NCBI GenBank assembly: GCA_946626925.1
Contig: CAMOVB010000001.1
Span: 1 to 54,249 of the forward strand
Direction: 5' to 3'
Origin: an uncultured Prevotellaceae bacterium
Lineage (GTDB): Bacteria > Bacteroidota > Bacteroidia > Bacteroidales > Bacteroidaceae
Length of the DNA stretch: 54,249 bases
Position numbers and translations under genes: made by a program. Shown piece by piece: positions 48,969 to 54,249 of the stretch (its first letter is position 1; each line of letters starts with the position of its first letter). The notes beneath the pieces were generated by a model that saw only the letters and a program-made list of their open reading frames with translations, searched no databases and was not told the origin of the DNA.

Positions 48969-48991
48969 AAAAAGTCTAATGGACATTAGAC
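48969..48991 (-). terminator. Rho-independent terminator candidate for the 49080-49514 gene
   Basis: On the minus strand: gtctaat-gtcc-attagac followed by ttttt. Confidence 0.5.
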
Positions 48992-49045
48992 AACTGTCTA
49001 ACGCCTTTTAGACAAGTGTCTAACGGGCATTAGACACTTGTCTAA
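48986..49045. repeat. Three 16-bp perfect palindromes TTAGACA-NN-TGTCTAA at exact 22-bp spacing
   Basis: Sites at 48986-49001, 49008-49023 and 49030-49045. Sites 2 and 3 are exact reverse complements including the central dinucleotide, giving a 16-bp stem with a 6-nt loop. Confidence 0.85.
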
Positions 49046-49079
49046 TAAGCGTAAGAAATCTTAACACTGTAAGTAATTG

Positions 49080-49514
49080 TTATTCATCAAATACAACAGT
49101 ATCCTCATAACTGTCAAATTTCAGGTCTTCCGTTATTCCTATTTTGCGTAAGACACCAAGGATGTAGTTTTGTTCCTTTGGAGACAAAAGTACCTTTCCA
49201 CTACGCAAAGCATAGTATGTGCTACGTGGATATCTGCTCATCATCAAAATCTTGAACCTGCGGAACTGGGTGGTAAGCATATGGTCTTGCATCTTGGTAA
49301 ATCCACGTGCATAACGCTGTGGCATATTGTCACGATAGCGAGAACACTTCTCATCCTTGGAACATAAACGAGGGCTTATTAGTCGTAAGAAATCAGTACG
49401 ACCAGCAAGCTCATAGTATGCCAACTGATGAAGGCAGGTTGATGCCAACGGACAATCGGAAAATGTACAAACGGAGTAGTTTGAAGGTAAATTGTCAAAG
49501 TTGATTTTATCCAT
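49080..49514 (-). CDS. Cys-rich 144-aa protein of unknown function (Bacteroidales-type DUF protein)
   Basis: ORF with N-terminal VCTFSDCPLASTCLHQLAY...C...C cysteine pattern and a basic C-terminal half. I recall similar uncharacterised Bacteroidales proteins but cannot verify the family. Confidence 0.5.
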   Translation of the reverse strand: MDKINFDNLPSNYSVCTFSDCPLASTCLHQLAYYELAGRTDFLRLISPRLCSKDEKCSRYRDNMPQRYARGFTKMQDHMLTTQFRRFKILMMSRYPRSTYYALRSGKVLLSPKEQNYILGVLRKIGITEDLKFDSYEDTVVFDE

Positions 49515-49636
49515 AAACTTATCGTATTAGTTTATTTCTATGCAAATATAATGTTTTTTCATCAACTAAAAAAGAGGAACAAGACCGAAATCCTGTTCCT
49601 CTTCATTTTTATGATTATGTAAAGCTTCTTTTACTA

Positions 49637-51280
<1,644 letters not shown>

Positions 51281-51390
51281 TTAACCATTTACAATTTTAT
51301 CACCATTAATAATGATAATAAAGCAAATGAAAGAAAACTATTTATAAATCTTATCCGTATGCCGTCCCCTTTATGGGTCACGTGGCATTA

Positions 51391-51663
51391 TTATTTTAAG
51401 ATTGCAAGAACGTCAGACTGACGCATCATAAGATACTTGACACCCTCGTACTCGATTTCAGTACCAGAATACTTGCCATAAAGTACCTTGTCACCAACCT
51501 TGAGGATCATCTCCTCATCCTTAGTTCCGTTACCAGCGGCAACTACTTCGCCCTGAAGTGGCTTTTCCTTTGCTGTGTCAGGAATGATAATACCTCCAAC
51601 TGTCTTCTCTTCTGCTGGTGCAGGAAGAACAAGAACTCTGTCTGCTAATGGTTGAATGTTCAT
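51391..51663 (-). CDS. groS: Co-chaperonin GroES
   Basis: 90 aa: [12 protein letters not shown]...[13 protein letters not shown]...[13 protein letters not shown]. Confidence 0.97.
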   Translation of the reverse strand: MNIQPLADRVLVLPAPAEEKTVGGIIIPDTAKEKPLQGEVVAAGNGTKDEEMILKVGDKVLYGKYSGTEIEYEGVKYLMMRQSDVLAILK

Positions 51664-51764
51664 AGTTTAATCTCCTATTTTAATGTTAATATTATTCAAG
51701 TGTAAGCTGTGCATCACTACGCTTGTGGTGTAATCTTGCACATCAATAGCATATACAAAAAGAA

Positions 51765-51838
51765 TGCCATAAGTGATATTATTCACATTATGGCACACTT
51801 ATTGACATTTAGTCCTGTTTTGTTATGACATTATGGCA
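51765..51838. promoter_or_regulatory. TGCCATAA / TTATGGCA repeat set upstream of groES
   Basis: TGCCATAA at 51765-51772, TTATGGCA at 51788-51795 (inverted, 15-bp spacer) and a second aCATTATGGCA at 51828-51838. They lie 100-175 bp upstream of the groES start. Confidence 0.35.
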
Positions 51839-51852
51839 GAGAGGTTTTTAAT

Positions 51853-51996
51853 AAAACGAAAATTTAGAAAATTAAAGAAAATTTTTCTAATGTTAAAACT
51901 TTAATTTCAAATCTATGCCTTCGATTAATATCGGAACGCATAAATAATAAACTTTAGATTAAAATAAATTTTCTTTAATTTTCTAAATTTTCGTTT
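51853..51996. repeat. Inverted-repeat element with 31-bp perfect arms AAACGAAAATTTAGAAAATTAAAGAAAATTT around an 81-bp insert
   Basis: Arms at 51853-51884 and 51966-51996. The same arms occur at 6267-6367. Confidence 0.85.
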
Positions 51997-52019
51997 AAAA
52001 AATCCTACTTTAAGGATTA

Positions 52020-53291
52020 TCAGAATTCCGCCTCAAAGCCTAAATCACTCAAGGCAGAAGCTATGGCTGACTTATCTACATCATGTCCTGTTACATTAGC
52101 ACTGCCACCTTCAAGTATGACAGATGCTGACTCTACACCAGATACACTCAATAAAGCCTTCTCAGCATTCGTACGACAATGATTACAGTTCATTCCCTTA
52201 ATATGGAATGATAATGTCTCATCATCCTCACAGTCACATTCACAATGGTCTTCACCACATCCACATCCATGGTCATGACAATGGCAATGTGACTTACCTC
52301 TATATTTATTTATAAAGGCATTGATGAGCAATATACACATCAATATTGTACATCCAATGGAGAACCAAGATGAACCTTCGTCACAGCAATCGCCATGAGC
52401 TGCTGCTATGTTAGGTACGAACCATTCTCGAGGAAGGAGGTTATCTATTCCCAATGCAAATACTATTGCACCACAGATAAGGGTAAGAAGATAAATAATC
52501 AATGTTTTACGTCCAAGTACCTTGTTTATAACCAATATAGATGCCATATTTGATGCTGGTCCTGCCATGAGCAATACAAGTGCAGCACCAGGAGTAAGTC
52601 CCTTGAGCATAAGTGCTACGGCAATAGGAATAGAACCTGTGGCACAAAGGTACATAGGAATACTAAATAACAATACGAACAATATACTCAATAGTGAGTT
52701 ATCCTTGAATACTTCAAAGAAACTGTCAGGAACAAGTACTGTAATAAGTCCTGCAACAACAAGACCTATAACAAGCCACTTGCCTATATCTTCCATCATG
52801 TCTAAGAAAGCATATTCAAGTGCCTCCTTTATCTTATACATAAATGAATGATGCTCGTTATTGTGTGTTTCCTTTATTTCCTTTACCTCAACAGCAGTAT
52901 CATCATCATACACATTAACCATCTGACCTGCAAAGATAGCTGTCACAAATGCTACTATAGGACGAAGAATGGCAAAAGGTAATCCCATAAGCGAATAAGT
53001 TGCTATGATGGAATCTACGCCTGTCTGTGGAGTAGATACAAGAAAAGACACTACAGAGCCCTTAGAAGCGCCTTCACGACGCAAAGACATGGCCGTTGGT
53101 ATTACACCACATGAACATAAAGGAAGCGGAACTCCGAAAAGCGCAGAATATATTACCGACTTGATACTATTACGTGACAGATAACGTGTATATAATGTAT
53201 TAGGCACAAACGAATGCATCAATCCTGCCAAAAGAAATCCCAACAAAAGGAATGGGGACATCTCATTAATCAAATCAAATATTTCTTTCAT
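52020..53291 (-). CDS. Permease of the SO_0444-type Cu/Zn efflux family fused to a Cys/His-rich linker and a C-terminal HMA domain
   Basis: About 10 hydrophobic helices, including LPLCSCG and CATGSIP motifs. Linker HCHCHDHGCGCGEDHCECDCEDD, then GMNCNHCRTNAEKAL (GMxCxxC heavy-metal-associated fold). Confidence 0.75.
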   Translation of the reverse strand: MKEIFDLINEMSPFLLLGFLLAGLMHSFVPNTLYTRYLSRNSIKSVIYSALFGVPLPLCSCGVIPTAMSLRREGASKGSVVSFLVSTPQTGVDSIIATYSLMGLPFAILRPIVAFVTAIFAGQMVNVYDDDTAVEVKEIKETHNNEHHSFMYKIKEALEYAFLDMMEDIGKWLVIGLVVAGLITVLVPDSFFEVFKDNSLLSILFVLLFSIPMYLCATGSIPIAVALMLKGLTPGAALVLLMAGPASNMASILVINKVLGRKTLIIYLLTLICGAIVFALGIDNLLPREWFVPNIAAAHGDCCDEGSSWFSIGCTILMCILLINAFINKYRGKSHCHCHDHGCGCGEDHCECDCEDDETLSFHIKGMNCNHCRTNAEKALLSVSGVESASVILEGGSANVTGHDVDKSAIASALSDLGFEAEF

Positions 53292-53568
53292 ACTTTTTTA
53301 TTTTTTGGAGTAAAATGGAGTTAAAAGAAATAAAGAGTAGTAAAAGAACAAATGTCTTTTCTATTTACTTCTTATTATTTCATTTGACTATTATTTACTA
53401 CTTCTATTAAAATTACGCTGCAAAGGTATGAACTAATAAATGCAACTCAATTGCAAATGGAAAAAAGGTATAAATTTTTCTATAATTTTTTTTATTTAGT
53501 TCTTATGATATGATTTAAGAATAACTTGGTACAATATTAGTCTTTTGTTTTTTACACGAATTACCATT

Positions 53569-53672
53569 AATTTGCCACGAATGATCATTAATATTTTTAC
53601 ATAACAATTTAATTTTCATGAATAGATTTCGATAATATAGAAATTTATATTAATGATAATTCGTGGCAAATT
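53569..53672. repeat. 24-bp inverted repeat AATTTGCCACGAATGATCATTAAT / ATTAATGATAATTCGTGGCAAATT
   Basis: Arms at 53569-53592 and 53649-53672, with one mismatch. An extra direct half-copy cacgaattaccattaat lies at 53556-53572. Confidence 0.7.
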
Positions 53673-53741
53673 CATGATAATTTATGCTTAAAATATATAC
53701 TATGATATTTTTCGTTCAATCCTATAAAATCAATTCTTAAC

Positions 53742-53776
53742 AAAAAAAGGCGACATCCAAAATTGGATGTCGCCTT
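53742..53776 (-). terminator. Rho-independent terminator of pckA
   Basis: On the minus strand: aaggcgacatcc-aatttt-ggatgtcgcctt followed by tttttt. Confidence 0.85.
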
Positions 53777-53800
53777 AATATTGTCAAGTTAAGCACTCTA

Positions 53801-54249
53801 TTAGAGCTGTGGACCAGCTGCAACGAGAGCCTTACCAGCCTCGTTAGTAGTGTACTTAGCGAAGTTCTTGATGAAACGTGCAGCAAGATCCTTAGCCTTA
53901 ACCTCCCACTCAGATGCAGAAGCATAAGTGTCGCGTGGGTCGAGGATTGCTGGGTTTACGTTTGGAAGAGCTGTTGGAACCTCGAAGTCGAACATAGGGA
54001 TCTTCTTAGTATCAGCCTTGAGGATAGAACCATCGAGGATAGCGTCGATGATACCACGAGTATCTGGAATAGAGATACGCTTACCTGTACCGTTCCAACC
54101 AGTGTTTACGAGGTATGCCTTAGCACCTGACTTCTTCATCTTCTTAACGAGTTCCTCAGCATACTTTGTTGGGTGAAGCTCGAGGAATGCCTGACCGAAG
54201 CAAGCAGAGAATGTTGGAGTTGGCTCTGTGATACCACGCTCTGTACCAG
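53801..54249 (-). CDS. pckA: Phosphoenolpyruvate carboxykinase (ATP), C-terminal part (gene continues past the right edge)
   Basis: [31 protein letters not shown] is the conserved PEPCK-ATP C-terminal region. The reading frame stays open to the window end. Confidence 0.9.
   Translation of the reverse strand, partial: GTERGITEPTPTFSACFGQAFLELHPTKYAEELVKKMKKSGAKAYLVNTGWNGTGKRISIPDTRGIIDAILDGSILKADTKKIPMFDFEVPTALPNVNPAILDPRDTYASASEWEVKAKDLAARFIKNFAKYTTNEAGKALVAAGPQL

Overview
The window looks like a chromosomal segment of a Bacteroidota genome, probably Prevotella-like. Supporting this: four large secreted proteins end in type IX secretion (T9SS) sorting domains, there is a PorZ-like propeller protein, TAnnTTTG -7 boxes sit just upstream of several starts, and the intergenic regions are AT-rich. 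Most of the window is housekeeping: nadB (partial), M16 peptidase, dacB, M23 peptidase, LMW-PTP, mnmG, apt, uvrC, dtd, deoC, a polyprenyl synthase, polA, ybeY, an S41 protease, coaD, parE-like, OmpA-like, prmC, a C10 peptidase, a sirtuin, rnhB, groES/groEL, a Cu/Zn-type permease fused to an HMA domain, and pckA (partial). I found no rRNA, tRNA, CRISPR array, transposase, integrase or recognisable defence genes. The items worth a second look are: (1) a ~270-bp mirror-symmetric double array of a degenerate 11-bp repeat at 7869-8137, lying where a TonB-dependent receptor gene is broken off; (2) two consensus ParB-binding parS sites bracketing apt next to mnmG; (3) a paralogous family of giant enzyme-less T9SS cargo proteins (three genes) plus a 14-unit InlB-B-repeat cargo; (4) three 16-bp perfect palindromes at exact 22-bp spacing; (5) several families of intergenic inverted repeats built from short words, including a 31/32-bp arm pair that recurs 45 kb apart around unrelated inserts; (6) a small AT-rich islet of three tiny membrane or lipoprotein genes; (7) a GC-rich structured non-coding segment before rnhB. 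All calls come from reading the sequence and the ORF translations. No database search was possible, so family names rest on recognised motifs.
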